From NCBI RefSeq assembly GCF_004010195.1, contig NC_057718.1:43983809-44047808 (forward strand): a stretch of 64,000 bases of DNA, written 5' to 3'. This DNA is from Chiloscyllium plagiosum (lineage: Eukaryota). Below the pieces are notes generated by a model. It was not told the origin of the DNA, searched no databases, and saw only the letters and a list, made by a program, of their open reading frames with translations. Shown here piece after piece: positions 26,484 through 39,600 of this stretch (its first letter is position 1; every line of letters starts with the position of its first letter). Both the position numbers and the translations under genes were made by a program.

Positions 26484-26626
26484 CTTATTGCTCAATCCAC
26501 CAACAGCCTTTAGCTATTTAGCAACTGGTCTTCATCTATATGCAGCCCATGAGTTCAGACTGGTTACTTCCAATGGACATGGTCATACCATCAGAGACAG
26601 GACACAGATGGCTACCTCAGAAGATA
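26484..26626 (+). pseudogene. USH2A: USH2A exon 40 equivalent (143 bp, open frame, diverged)
   Basis: Acceptor cattttcAG-like, LLLNPPTAFSYLATGLHLYAAHEFRLVTSNGHGHTIRDRTQMATSED, donor GTAAGT. Aligns to human LFSNPSASLSYEVSDLQPYTEYMFRLVASNGFGSAHSSWIPFMTAED (recalled). Confidence 0.9.
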
Positions 26627-28684
26627 GTAAGTGTGCACTGTAGCGATATAAGCTAAACATTGAATAACTTAGTACCTGAAGATGACAACACGTCAATAAT
26701 AGTGAGGTAGATCTGCTTGTGAAATACTCTGGAAATTGTATTAATATGTTAAAATGTGATTTTCTTTTAAATCATTGAAGATGCTTTTAGATACATTTTT
26801 AAGATCAAAGTGTGTGCATAATATTGAAAATAGAACCATGAACAACCATTGAACAGATCTGGTATACTTAAGCTTTTACCCTATTTTAGTGTCAATTACT
26901 TTTCATGTTTAACCCAATTATAACAATTACTTATTTATATTACTCTTGAAGCACAAACCTCAATTGCACATTTCTTCAGATAGCAGAAAACAATATTCTA
27001 ATCCATTGGCAACTATCTATGTATAAGTATTGATGTCTTAGTACTTACATGTGGATCATCCAAGAAGAGAGTTGCTGCTGTATCCTGCACCACTCTCCCC
27101 ACTTCCCACCCCCACTGTCCCCACAGTCATCTCTCCCCAACTCTTAAATATTTTTCTCTTGTCTTCCACAGAAGCCTTGTGAGGAAGCAAAACTGTCCAG
27201 TGAGAATAGGGGTTGAACTTGAGTTTCCTGTAGTCTAATTAATCACTTTTAGTATAGTCCCCGCAGGTCTGCCCAATATCACAGCACATCTTAAAAAACA
27301 TATTAAATAACAACTTGTCTTTCAGGGCTTCACTGTTATTAATTTTTAAGAGCAGAGTTGAAACACAATAATAAAAAGTGTAGCTCATATTAACTGCTGT
27401 TTCCCCTGATTGATTTGTCATTAAATAATATTTCTGCACTAAAAATCAATTATCTCTTTCACGTATTTATCCTTCAGAGATTTTTAAAAGCAGTATCCAT
27501 TCGGAGAACATAATACTGGAACTCATTGCGTTCAGGGGGCAACATGAGTGGAACATTACATGGTGTCTGTTGATGAACATGGAGCTTACAGTTATGTTAG
27601 AAACAAACTCAATCAGATCAGAACTCAATGACTTTCTCCAATAAATCATGGGAATTTTGAGACTTGGAACTTTCTAATCTTGATCCCTGGTCTTGGCTGA
27701 GCTATCTAATCCCAATTGGATCATAATGGGAGGTAATACAATTGGGTTAAATGCCCATGAGTTAGAAAAAGAATCAACTGGAGTTACTGGTCCTGATAAC
27801 TATCAAGTGACCCCTGCGAGAAGTGCATAGGTAAGATGAGGATAAGATGAGTTGGGCTGTAGTGTCTCCATAGTGGACGAGGTTGCCAGCCATTATTGTT
27901 AAGATTTACAGATGGATTCAGTACTAAAATGTAACTAGTAATTAAGGAAGCATATTGAGCAACAATCTAAGGAAAGAGAAGGAGTGAAAATCATGGTGGA
28001 ACAAAAAACATAGAACACATCTTGCCTTAGGGTTGTATTCGTTATGTATCTCAATATTTTACCTCATGGATCCCTCCTCCACTGTTATCACTCATATTAC
28101 GGTATATTTCCCATTTGATGGCAGCTTCCCTTCACTTTATCGAAAGTTCACAAATCTGAATCTATTAAAGGAGTATTAGAAAGAAACTTTACCATAACGA
28201 ATATGGTTAAGCTATGTCAAGTTATTGGCCAACATCCACATGTGTATATTTCGTTTGATGTTATTAGATAGCAATCAAGAATGGGAACCATGATTGATTC
28301 TTTTTCCTTTCCTTGACCATAGGTATTGAACACAGCTTTAATGTCTCCACATTAAGCAGCTGATCACTCTGGCCTCCTTAAGTGCAGTTGTGTAGTTACA
28401 CTGGCTATTATTAAATGAAGAATTTTTTGCACTGGGGTGCATTCGTGAAAAAAATAAGCAGAGGTTCGTAGCACTATTTTGTACCAAAATGTTAATACTG
28501 CAATGACTGTTATTTCTTGCTGTGATCAAAAAGGATGATTGTTGTTGAATCAAATTAAACATTTTACTGATTTTCACCTCAGCTTGGATTAACAAACTCA
28601 TAGATCGGTAATAAATCAATCAAACTAAGAGGTTGACTTTGTGTAATGTAAAGAGAAAGGGACAACTTGTGCTTTCAGAACATT

Positions 28685-29420
28685 GGAATATAAGAATAGG
28701 GGCAATAGTAGGCTATATGGCTCATTGATCCAGTTCCATCAGTTGACAAGATCATGGCTGACCATCAACCTTTACTCCACTTTCTCGTCTGTTCAGTGTA
28801 GCCCTTAATTCCCTGAGAAGCTGAAACCCTGGCTAATCTCAGTCATACATATGTTAAATAATGACACCTCCACAAATCTAGAGAATCTGAAAGATTTGTG
28901 ACCCTTGAGTGAAGAAATTTCTCCTCATCTCAGTCCTAATGTTTGGCCTCTTCTTCTGAGACTATGCTCCTATGCTCTAGGTTTCCAAGATGGGAAAAAT
29001 ACTCTGAGTCAAAAAATGTGGAATTCCTAATGAAGGGCTTATGCCCGAAACATCGACTGTCCTGTTCCAGGGATGCTGCCTGACCTGCTGTGCTTTTCCA
29101 TTGTGACACTTTTCAACTCTGATCTCTGGCATATGCAGTCCTCACTTTCTCCTAGTGGAAAAAAAAAGACTCACACTGTCTACCCAATTAATCCCCTTCG
29201 GAATCTTATACACTTCAATTAAATAATTTCCCATACTTTTAAACACCAGGGAGTTTAGGCCAATTATCTCAGGCTCCTAAGACAACTCTGTCATCCCAGA
29301 TTTTCAAACTCTGCTACAGAGCATTGAAAATGCAAATGCAAAGCATTATTCCATTAATGCACATAGTATGGCAGGTATAGTCTCACTAAGGACCTGTACA
29401 ATTATAGCTCGAATTCCTTG
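28685..29420 (-). mobile_element. Old CR1 3' portion with Penelope terminal-repeat insertion at about 29005-29153
   Basis: GAGTGAAGAAATTTCTCCTCATCTCAGTCCTAA (CR1). The insert carries CTAATGAAGGGCTTATGCCCGAAAC (mutated hammerhead) and CAGTCCTCACTTTCTCC. Confidence 0.7.
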
Positions 29421-30269
29421 TTCTTATACTCCAATCTACTTGCATTAAAGTTTAGTCTGTCATTTATCTTCCTCATTGTTTGTTTTACCTACTTGCTAAC
29501 TTTGTATTCCTTGTACAAGTCTACACAAGCCTCTATAAATGTCATCATTTACATGTTTCATGACTTTCAAAAAATATTCTGTTTTCTACTCTTAAAGATT
29601 TTGGGCTACTTTATATTAATAAGTTTGAACATTTAATGATTGAATTCAGTGGAAAAGTAAATATGTTTAACTAGTCAAATTTAGTTCCTTAAGTTACCTT
29701 TAATATTCCACTTTAATTTTAATATTACATTTTGGTTTAATTTAGCATTATTCATAATCTAACAGTTCCCTTTCATGGGATCTTATCTGTAGAGAAAACA
29801 ACGCTATAACTGGGAACAGCTCCTTACAGCTATATTGTCAGAGCCCCCAACATGGCGCCAGTTAAAGTTTGTAGAGCAGCAAGTAGAGTTGTAACATAAA
29901 ATGATTTTCAAATAATTACACGTTAGTTACTCAATGTAAAACTTCTCATTGCCAAATCGGTGATCTTTCAATATAACTGTATCATTCACTTGAAACCTGC
30001 TTACACTCACCTTTAAAAATCTGAGGGGAAGAGTTTCAGTATCAATTATTCTTAGCAATATTGTGAACTATATGGAATGCATTTACCATTTTAAAATTAA
30101 CAAAAAATGTCTTTGACTTGGTAAACTTGCATAAAGTTTTTAATAACAACATCAACATCCCTAAGGTCCAGACAAGTGTATAAAACATTAATTAAAATGA
30201 ATCAGCAAGAGTCTCCTGTCTGAACTAGGATATAATTCTAGGATTACATTTATATGTGTAGGGGGTTGA

Positions 30270-30377
30270 TTAGCTCATTACAGGTTCTGACTGAGGTTAT
30301 CATGAAGGTCCTGCCTTCTCAATGTTGTCCCTTGTCTGAGGTATAGTGACCCTCAGGTTAAGTTCACCACCAGCTGC

Positions 30378-30409
<32 letters not shown>

Positions 30410-30450
30410 AATATGAGAGAGCAGGACAATGGTAACTTCACCTTTACCTA
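30270..30450 (+). mobile_element. Old SINE copy with internal (CT)n(CA)n microsatellite expansion
   Basis: CTGAGGTTATCATGAAGG...GTGACCCTCAGGTTAA..CACCACCAG followed by (CT)n(CA)n at about 30377-30408. Confidence 0.65.
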
Positions 30451-30691
30451 TTTATATGTCTATATATTTGGTTACCTGTATTTTTTTGTAATTTATTTAT
30501 GAATAATGAGACTAAGACCTGAAGCAACAGTATTGTGCTTTCTTCACTCACTTTTGTTTCCTGTTCTTGACATCAAGATTAGTTGGCACTTGCAACTTGC
30601 AATTAGTTGGGTTCAAAGTTTCTTCTGCACCTGTCTGTGACTTAAGCTGTTAAATCCAAAAGGGCAATCAACAATGCTGTCTGGTTACTAA

Positions 30692-30942
30692 ATAAAAACT
30701 GAAAGAACTGTGGGTGCTAAAAATTGGAACCAAAACAGAAGTTGCTGAGAAAGCTCAGCAGGTCTGGCAGCATCTGTGCAGGGAAATCAAAGTTAACGTT
30801 TCAGGTCCAGTGACCCTTCCTCAGAATACTTTTTTGTTCCAGTTCTGAGGAAGGGTCATCAGACCCAAAATGTCAATTTTGATTTCTCTTCACAGATGCT
30901 GCCAGACCTGCTAAGCTTTTCCAGCAACTTATGTTTATGTTT
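30692..30942. mobile_element. Palindromic Penelope-derived element with hammerhead-like motifs in both arms
   Basis: GCAGGTCTGGCAGCATCTGTG ... CACAGATGCTGCCAGACCTGC arms and CTGAGGAAGGGTCA motifs. TSD CTG(T/C)CTGGTTA(C/A)TAA at 30677-30691 and 30943-30957. Confidence 0.85.
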
Positions 30943-30970
30943 CTGCCTGGTTAATAAGTGGGAGCGCTTT

Positions 30971-31311
30971 TAAGACCATAAGACATAGGAACGGACGTAA
31001 GGCCATTCGGCCCATCGAGTCCACTCCGCCATTCAATCATGGCTGATGGGCATTTCAACTCCACTTATCCGCATTCTCCCCGTAGTCCTTAATTCCTTGT
31101 GACATCAAGAATTTATCAATTTCTGCCTTGAAGACATTTAGCGTCCCAGCCTCCACTGCACTCTGTGGCAATGAATTCCACAGGCCCACCACTCTCTGGC
31201 TGAAGAAATGTCTCCGCATTTCTGTTCTGAATTCACCCCCTCTAATTCTAAGGCTGTGTCCACGGGTCCTAGTCTCCTCGCCTAACGGAAACAATTTCCT
31301 AGCGTCCACCC
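30971..31311 (-). mobile_element. Young CR1 LINE 3' end
   Basis: Minus ORF RTRGHSLRIRGGEFRTEMRRHFFSQRVVGLWNSLPQ; CpGs retained. Confidence 0.92.
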
Positions 31312-31594
31312 TCATGTCTCATCACAGGCCCACTCAACTCAAAGGGAAGCTACATAATAATGCAAAATCATCTGACTGCTAAAGGCTCTTTATCCAAATT
31401 AATATGTGGAAGCGCCAGATTTGATGAGTCTTAACTCTGCCCAGTGATTCTTGGAGGAAGCAGGCAGTATCAAGTGATATTTAAAGGAATCCTCAGCATT
31501 AAATTCAAAGTCCACTAGATTTCTGGACTCTACATTTCAAAAGCTTATTTTTGCATTGACAGAGATAATTCTTGAACAAGTGAACTGTTTCTAT

Positions 31595-32440
31595 TAGAAC
31601 ATAGAAAAGTACAGCATAGAACAGGCCCTTCGGCCTATGATGTTGTGCTGAGGGTTAATCCAATGTAAAATAAAATTGCTTAACCTACGCACGCCTCAAC
31701 TCACTGCTATCCATGTGCATGTCCAGCAGTCGCTTAAATGTCCCTAATGACTCTGTTTCCACCACCACCACTTGCAACGCATTCATGCATTCAAAACTCT
31801 CTGCGTAAAGAACCTTCCTCTGACGTCCCCTCTATACCTTTCTCCTAATATCTTAAAACTATGACCCCTCGTGCCAGTCAATCCTGCCCTGGGGAAAAGT
31901 CTCTGGCTATTGACTTTATCCATTCCTCTTATTATCTTGTATACCTCGATCAGGTCACCTCTCTTCCTCCTTCTCTCCAGAGAGAACAGTCTGAGCTTAG
32001 TTTAGTCAACTTTTCTTCATAAGGCAAGCCCTCCAGTCCAGGCTGCATCCTGGTAAACCTTCTTTGCACCCTCTCCAAAGTCTCCTTGATCTTTTCTTGA
32101 ACAAGGGGGTTACAACAGTGATCTTCCAATCATCCGGGACTTTCCCTGATTCCAGTGACTTTTGAAAGATTTCAACCAACGCCTCCGCTATTTCCTCAGC
32201 CAGCTCCCTCAGAACTCTAGGATGTAGCCCATCAGGGCCAGTAGATTTATCAATTTTAAGACCTTTTAGCTTTTCTAGCACTTTCTCTTTTGTAATGGCA
32301 ACCATACTCAACTCAGCCCCCTGACTCCCTTTAATTGTTGGGATATTACTCATGTCTTCCACTGTGAAGACTGACGCAAAGTACTTATTAAGTTCTCCTG
32401 CTATTTCCTTATCTCCCATCACTAGGCTTCCAGCATCAGT
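31595..32440 (-). mobile_element. CR1 LINE pieces: 3' end (about 31595-32080) joined to an upstream ORF2 segment (about 32080-32440)
   Basis: Minus ORF LNKYFASVFT...KSTGPDGLHPRVLRELAEEIA...PDDWKITVVTPLFKK, and (GTTCTAT)-type tail at the left end. Confidence 0.9.
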
Positions 32441-32790
32441 TTTGCCTCTAAGTCAGAAGATTGTGTGTTCAAGTTCTACACAAGGAACCTGAGAAAAAAA
32501 TCTGAACAAAGCTCCACTGCAGTACCAAAAGTATTGTGGTGTTGGAAGAATGAGAGTTTAAACCAGCCACTTTCTGCCCTCTTACATGGACATAAAGCTT
32601 CCTTGGAATTATTTTTCACAGGAATTCTCCCTGGTGTATTGGCCAACAGTTGTACCACATAAAAATGGTCTACTCACTATCAATTGACAATTTGTAGCCT
32701 CCACTTCTACATTATAATAGTGATTATATTGGCAGTAAAGTATGATCATGCAGGATATGAAGTGCGCTACATAAATGCAAGCTTTTTTAT
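32441..32790 (+). mobile_element. Old Deu-domain SINE (SacSINE1/AmnSINE-like)
   Basis: GCCTCTAAGTCAGAAG..GTTCAAGT head, GAG..TTAAACC...TTCTCCCTGGTGTATTGGCCAA core, GCGCTACATAAATGCAAG tail. Confidence 0.72.
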
Positions 32791-35553
32791 TGTTTTGGCT
32801 CACCACTCACGAATGAAAGTAGGAGACTTTGTGGTGGAGTTGCAGTACTTCCACCTCTGGGACAGAAATTCCAGGTTTAATTCCCCTCTCTGGAATCAAT
32901 GGCCACAGAAGATGTGTCATAATGTGGCCAAATAAGTTAATTGGTGACCTGTAAATTCTTCAGTTTTGCTTACAGACGTTACTAATATTGAGATGGCTCC
33001 CTTGTCAGTCAGAATTGTGGTAGCTGCAGCACAACAGTTGTTAATATTAAAAGACTCAGGGCATGGGTTCTTACCATGAACAAGTGTCTGAGGGGCTGCC
33101 ACATCTATGTCAGTGTTAATTGCAGAACTTGCTCACCTGCACAGGTCCCATTTTAGTCTTTCTTGAAATTGGTGCTGCAAAGATGGCGCCTTTAAGGTCA
33201 ATTTTACTGTACTGTCTGAAATTAGACTCAGTGGTTGCTTCACTCAGTGTTGCATGAATGCATTTCTCAAAGATTGCTGTAACAGCATAACCAAATAACA
33301 TGTTTTAATGTATTGTTGCTGAAATTGATTTTAAAAATATAGTTTTACTCCTCACATTTCAGCAGAAGCTGCCAAAAGGATTGCTGGAGATGAGCTCATG
33401 CTGTTTATAGCACTGACCTCTGTAATTAGAGAGCAGTGACAGCCAACAGGGAGTATTTTTGGCTGGTTGTCTCAGGTCTGGCACCTTGAGTTATGGACAA
33501 AGGTGCAGGGAAGCTTTGTGGATGCATATCAACTAATTGATCAGCTGATCTTATGAGCAGCAACAACTGAGAGGCTGATCACCGCCAATATGGCGGTTAA
33601 TTGGGTTTCTGCTGTGAAGTCTTCATTCTGATTTCCCCTCCCTGCAGAGTACAAAATTATTTGCAATTCTTGACTTTTCCCATGTAAATTCATGTGACTT
33701 GGCTCGACTTTGCCTTTGGATGTCTTTTTTTCCAAAGTTCTTCAATAATGTAATGAAAATGATAAATGTGTTTCGTGTCCTGATTCTGAAAATTGTACAA
33801 AATAGAATGTGATACAAGTCCTTGGTATTTTCTGACAAGACAGAATCTAAACAGATACAGGATTAGCAGTCATCAGCAATTGCTCAAAGGTAATGTCTCA
33901 GTTGGATTTGCAGAACTGCAATCAGGCAAAAATGTGAAAACTAATCTCTGGGTCTTTCCCAAAATGGTCAAAGGACTGATGTTGTGGCCCACTCACTGCT
34001 CATTCCCAGCAATGTCACAAAATGGATTTCTTTTCTTCACAGTAACAATAGTTCAACACCCATGACAAAGAATTATATTTATGATTAAACTACTGAACTT
34101 TACCATTTTTAAAATAGGCTCCAGATTCCCCTTCGCAGATGAAATCTTGTCTGCCCAGCAATTTCAAAATAATACAAAAAGAACAGATATTCCAGAATTC
34201 TTTAAAACTAGCGCAACAATTTAATAACTTTGCATCAATTGAAAGAAGACAGTTGTTAATGGACACTGTGAATTCAAAATATTTCATCCTCTGGTTATAT
34301 TTAAACAGGATTGGTTTTATAATTATAAGATTTATTAGCTTAGAAATGACTGTGATATCAGCATGTGTTAACACCTCTGTTAAATTACTGTGAATACAAT
34401 GACTTTTGTTGAAATATGATTGCTCAGGTTTTGATAGCTCATCCAAGTAATCATTTTTCACAGGTCAAGCCAGATGTTGAATGTTGGCAAGCTATTTTAC
34501 CATAGGGACATTATAGCTGAATCCAATTCCATTCTGGGTCAACAAAGCTATGCATATACATTCGAGCAGGAATCGCGAGATAGAATCATGGAATGGTTAC
34601 AACACAGCTGGAAACTATTTGAACCATTGTGTCCCTGCCATATCTCTGCAAGAGCAACTCATCCTATCTCATTTCCCCCATATTTTGCCTGTATCCCTGC
34701 AAAAATATTTCTCTTCAGATAATTATTCAATTCTCTTTTGAAAGTTTCAAACAAATCTGGCTCCCCCACACTCTCAGGCAGTGCATTCCAGATACTAACT
34801 ACTCACTGCAGAAAAAAACATTTTCTGTTGTTTCTTTTGTCAACCAACTTTAATTAGTCCCTCCACCAATGACAGAAATTTTTGCTGTTTGTTCCCACGC
34901 TGGTATATCTCAATTTCTCTCAGACTTTCTTGTGGGGCTCTTTACCTCTAAATGCCACAAATTCTATTTTATCCACATTTTTGGCCGTGCACAAGGTTAT
35001 AAGTTCATTAACTCTATTTTTTTGAACTTGTGCTGATTTAATTTTCTCACAACATATTAATTTTAACTATCTCCTCATTTTCAAATCCCTACATAGCTTC
35101 ACTCCATCCTACCTTGTAACATTCTTCAGCCCATAGCCTCTGTTCTTCAATTTTCAGTATACTATATAACCTTTCCTCTATTTCATTGCTGGTGGAAGAC
35201 CTTTTGCAACCATGCTACTGCACTTGTGAAGTAATTTCAAAACACTCCGTAACTTCAAAAACACTTCAAAGCTTAGGCCTTTGACAGTTCTGTCTGTCAA
35301 ATTCTCTTTGTTTGTTCTTTTTCTCGTTCTATGTTCGACATTCATCCTGTAAATTACTTGATGATGATGATGCTTTATTGTGTGAAAGGCCTGACATAAT
35401 TTAATATATTTTAATGAGCATCAGTAGCGAATTATGACTATATTAATGATCCTTCTTTATTTACAAAAGAAAACAATGAGCCCCTTAACCAAAAGAACTG
35501 TTGAAAAATTTGTTAATTTAGCTGTGGTCATGTTGATTTGGATCAAACTCTTC

Positions 35554-35877
35554 AGATTAGATTAGATTAGATTAGATTACAATGTGGAAACAGGCCCTTT
35601 GGCCCAACAAGTCCACACCGACCCGCCGAAGCGCAACCCACCCAAAACCCTACATTTACCCCTTATCTAACACTACGGGCAATTTAGCATGGCCAATTCA
35701 CCTGACCTGCACATCTTTGGACTGTGGGAGGAAACCGGAGCACCCGGAGGAAACCCACACAGACACGGGGAGAATGTGCAAACTCCACACAGTCAGTCGC
35801 CTGAGGCGGGAATTGAACCCGGGTCTCAGGCGCTGTGAGGCAGCAGTGCTAACCACTGTGCCACCGTGCCGCCCACC
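35554..35877 (-). mobile_element. HE1 SINE, full length, young
   Basis: (GATTA)n tail at left; ends CCACCGTGCCGCCCACC. CpGs retained. Confidence 0.95.
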
Positions 35878-35879
35878 AA

Positions 35880-36749
35880 AGAAGGCTACCTCAGCATACA
35901 ATGAGACCTTGATCAGATGGGCCAATGGGCTGAGGAGTGGCTGATGGAGTTTAATCTAGATAAATGTGAGGTGTTACATTGTAATAGGGCAAATCAGGGC
36001 AGGACTTATACACTTAATGGTAAGGTCCTGGCAAGTGTTGCTGAACAAAGAGACCTTGGAGTGCAGGTTCGTTGTTCCTTGAAGGTGGAGTTGCAGATAG
36101 ACAGGGTAGTGAAAAAGGCATTTAGTATACTGGTCTTTATTGGTCAGGGCATTGAGTATAGGAATTGGGAGGTCATGTTGTTGCTGCATAAAGGGCATTG
36201 GTTAGGCCACATTTGGAATGCTGCATCCAATTCTAGTTTCCTTGCTATAGGAAAGACGTTGTGAAATTTTCAAAGATTCCAAAAGATTTACAAGGATGTT
36301 GCCAGAGTTTGAGGGTTTGAGCTATAGGGAAGCGCTGAATAGGCTGGGACTATTTTCCATGGAGCGTCAAACACTGAGAGGTGACCTTATAGAAATTTAT
36401 GAAATCATGAGGGGCATGGATCAGGTAAATAGTCAAGGACTTTTTGCAGTGTAGGGAAGTCCAAAACTAGAGTGCATAAGTTTAAGGTGAGAGGCAAAAA
36501 GATTTAAAAGGAACCTAAAGATTTCATGTAGTGGGTGGTGTTTGTATGGAATGAATTGCCAGAGTAAGTGGTGGAGACTGGTACAATTGCAATATTTGAA
36601 AGGCATCTGAATGGTAATATGAATAGGAAGGATTCAGAGGGATTTGGGCCAAGTGCTGGCAAATGGGACTAGATTAATTTCGGATATCTAGTCGGCACGA
36701 ACGAGTTGGACCAAATGATCTGTTTCCATGCTGTACATCTCCATGACTC
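35880..36749 (+). mobile_element. CR1/HER1 LINE ORF2 3' portion and 3' UTR
   Basis: WAEEWLMEFNLDKCEVLH...EQRDLGVQV; ends TGTTTCCATGCTGTACATCTCCATGACTC. Confidence 0.92.
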
Positions 36750-37430
36750 AAAAACCAATGCCCACTTTGTGTATGAACCATATTTCCTAGCCTCTCCAAC
36801 TGTTGCACTCTGCCATTGTGCTATTCTGAACTGTGTTGCTTGTCAATGTTTGAGTTCCACCGAAGTCCCTTAGATGTCAACCTTAAATGTGGCATGTGCT
36901 AAGTGTTAAAATTGACCCTAATCATGTGGTAGGATTGCCCCCAAATATAATTCAGATAGAAGAAAGCTTTGCAATATGTAACAGAATATAACTGGAGGAG
37001 TTAAAAAGAAAGCTGCTGGAAAAATTGAAGTATGTTTTGTGATTTAAAACAAATATAAACTACTTTATAGAGTGACTTGATTTGATTATTATAATAGTAA
37101 ATAGTAAAAGTAATAGTAAAAGACACATTAAAAGTAATACTGTCCTGTCAGAGAGAAATGATAGACTATAATCAAGTGAGGCATTCAAGAACGAATACCA
37201 CAGAACAATGGGGTGGCTCAAGGAAAAAATAACAGACATGATCAAGCCAAACATAATTAAAAATGAAGAAATAATTGTGGACATTGGAAGAAAGATTTGC
37301 ATAGGCCAATAGGAATTAGGCAAAGTAAACAACTGTTATGTCCTATCACACTCTTGCGGGTATAATCTGTTGGAAGTCAAGCCCCACTATTCTGCAATTG
37401 TCACAAACGTGGAATATGATCATTATATTA

Positions 37431-37735
37431 GGTGGCATGACGGTTCAGTGATTAACACTGATGCCTTACAGCATCATGGACCTGATTTTGATTCCCGCCT
37501 TGAGCGACTGGCTGTGTGAGTTTGCACATTCTCTCTGTATCTGTGTGGTTTCCTCCCACAATCCAAAAATGTGCAGATTAGATGGACTGGTCATGCTAAA
37601 TTGCCCATAGTGTCCATGCTAGGTGGATTAGCCATGGGAAATGCAGTGTTACAGGGATGCGGTGTGAAGTTCTTCAGCGGGTTGATGTGGGCCGAATGGC
37701 CTATTCCACAATAGGGATTCTCTGATTCTATTCTC
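37431..37735 (+). mobile_element. Diverged HE1 SINE
   Basis: GAGTTTGCACATTCTC...GGTTTCCTCCCACAATCCAAA...CATGCTAAATTGCCC. Confidence 0.85.
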
Positions 37736-38564
37736 CGATGGCCAATACCTGACATCTGACCATGATTTAAGAAAGAAGAAACTCATACCAGTTTTTAACA
37801 ATGATCCAAAAAGCAAAAACATATTTACGATAATAAACCTATCTTCTAATATTGGGCAAAATCAGTTGTCAATTCTTAATTTCTACACCAAGATTCTACA
37901 CCGCTCTCCCCTTGCACACACATATTCATTCACACATAGGCTGGGCAAGGCAAATGGGAAACTTTTTTTAATGATTAGTGTGGGTGCAAAGTGTAGGAAA
38001 ATAGGGACAAAATTTGTGGATCAGGTTCCAATCCAAAAGGCAAAATAAGAATGTTTTCTCATAGTATTTATTTTGTTTGTTGGCAATGATATCAATGTTG
38101 ACCATGGTAATACTCAACTTGGTAGCTGGTCAGATGGATCTATGCATTGGGTTGAAATTAAAAAAAACTTTTTCAAAGTCTTTGAGTGCTATTTCTTTTC
38201 CAATTAAAATGTGAGAAAGGGAACACGTTCATTTGCTGGCAGGCTTGAAGTTTGGAGTCCCAGCTGCTTTCTTCCCTCTCAGTTCTCTGATAAACTGCTA
38301 ATATAAACCAACCCAAATCCTCAGCACTTAGTTTGCTTGAGTTGTGGATAAAAAGGACTAATAATCTAAACTTCCATTTTCCAATTTGTACTTCCAAATA
38401 AAGTATGTATAGTCCTTATCCTATAAACATCAGGAGAGTCGTTGGCACCATTTAGTCCAGAATTGGTGAGATTTTGGAGGAAGCTGTCATTTGGAGTGGA
38501 ATTTATTTCCTTCAGATTTCCATCTTTTTCTATCACTGTTCAAAATACTTTATTAAGTCTTGTG

Positions 38565-39600
38565 CATTCATTCATTCATTCATTGGCCATCCCTCACAGA
38601 TGAGGATGACTCTCTTCCACTTTTAGGATGAATGCGTAGTTGGCTGTACAGTCTGATGCAGCTTACGCAGGCTCTGTTACACTTGGGCAGAAGGTGGTCT
38701 CAGGAAGGTGTGGGTGGGGCATCGGTGTAGCAGCACGCTCCTTCTGGAAAAATCTGGATTCCACTTTTTCCTGATGACAAGTCTCAAGGTTCTTGACACC
38801 TTCCTGGATGCTCTTCCTCCACTTTGGACGGTCTTGGATCAGTGATTCCCAGGTGTCTGTGGGACACCGCACTTTACCAGTAAGGCCTTGAGAGGATCAC
38901 TGAAGTGCTTCCTCTGTCCACCTGGGGGTTCGCCTGCCATTTTAAAGCTGGGAATAGAACAGCTTGGGGAGTTACGCTATGGTTATGCAGACGGTGCCCA
39001 GCCCATCATGGCTGATCAAGGGTGGTCAGTGTGTTGATGCTGGGGATGTTGGTCTGGTTGAGGATGCTGGTGTTGGTGTCTCTTCATTCCTAGCAGATTT
39101 TCAGAATCTTGCGCAGGTACTTTGAGGTGTCTGCTATATATATTCCATGTCCCATAGCCATATAGGAGAGCTGGACACACCATGGCTTGGTGTCGGATGT
39201 TGTTGTCCTTTACCTCGGGCAGCCGAAGGCTGCACTAGCACTCCGGAGGCAGTACTGGATCTCTTCATCAAAAGCTACTTTGGTTGATAGGACACTCCTG
39301 ACGTATTGGAAGTGGTAAACCTTCTCTAAGGCCTCCTCGTGGACATTGATGATCGAGGGTTTGCTCCACAATGCCAGGTCAGGTTGGTAGAGAACCTTCG
39401 TCTTGTGGAAGTTCAGGATGGGACCTATGCTCTCCATAAGGGTGCTGACAATGGCCTAGAGTACATCCTTGGAGATTGTCCATGCATAGCATTATCTGCA
39501 TACTGCAGCTCAATGACACTGTTTGGGGTAGCTTTGGTTTTGGCTTGAAGGCAGTGGTGATTAAATAATTTCCTGTTGGTTCTATAAGCTAACTTAAGAG
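38565..39600 (-). mobile_element. RTE-clade LINE, 3' portion, degraded
   Basis: Minus peptides YRTNRKLFN..LQAKTK..VIELQYAD, KTKVLYQP, DEEIQYCLRSASAAFG and TWESLIQDRPKWRKSI. (CATT)n tail at left. Confidence 0.88.
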
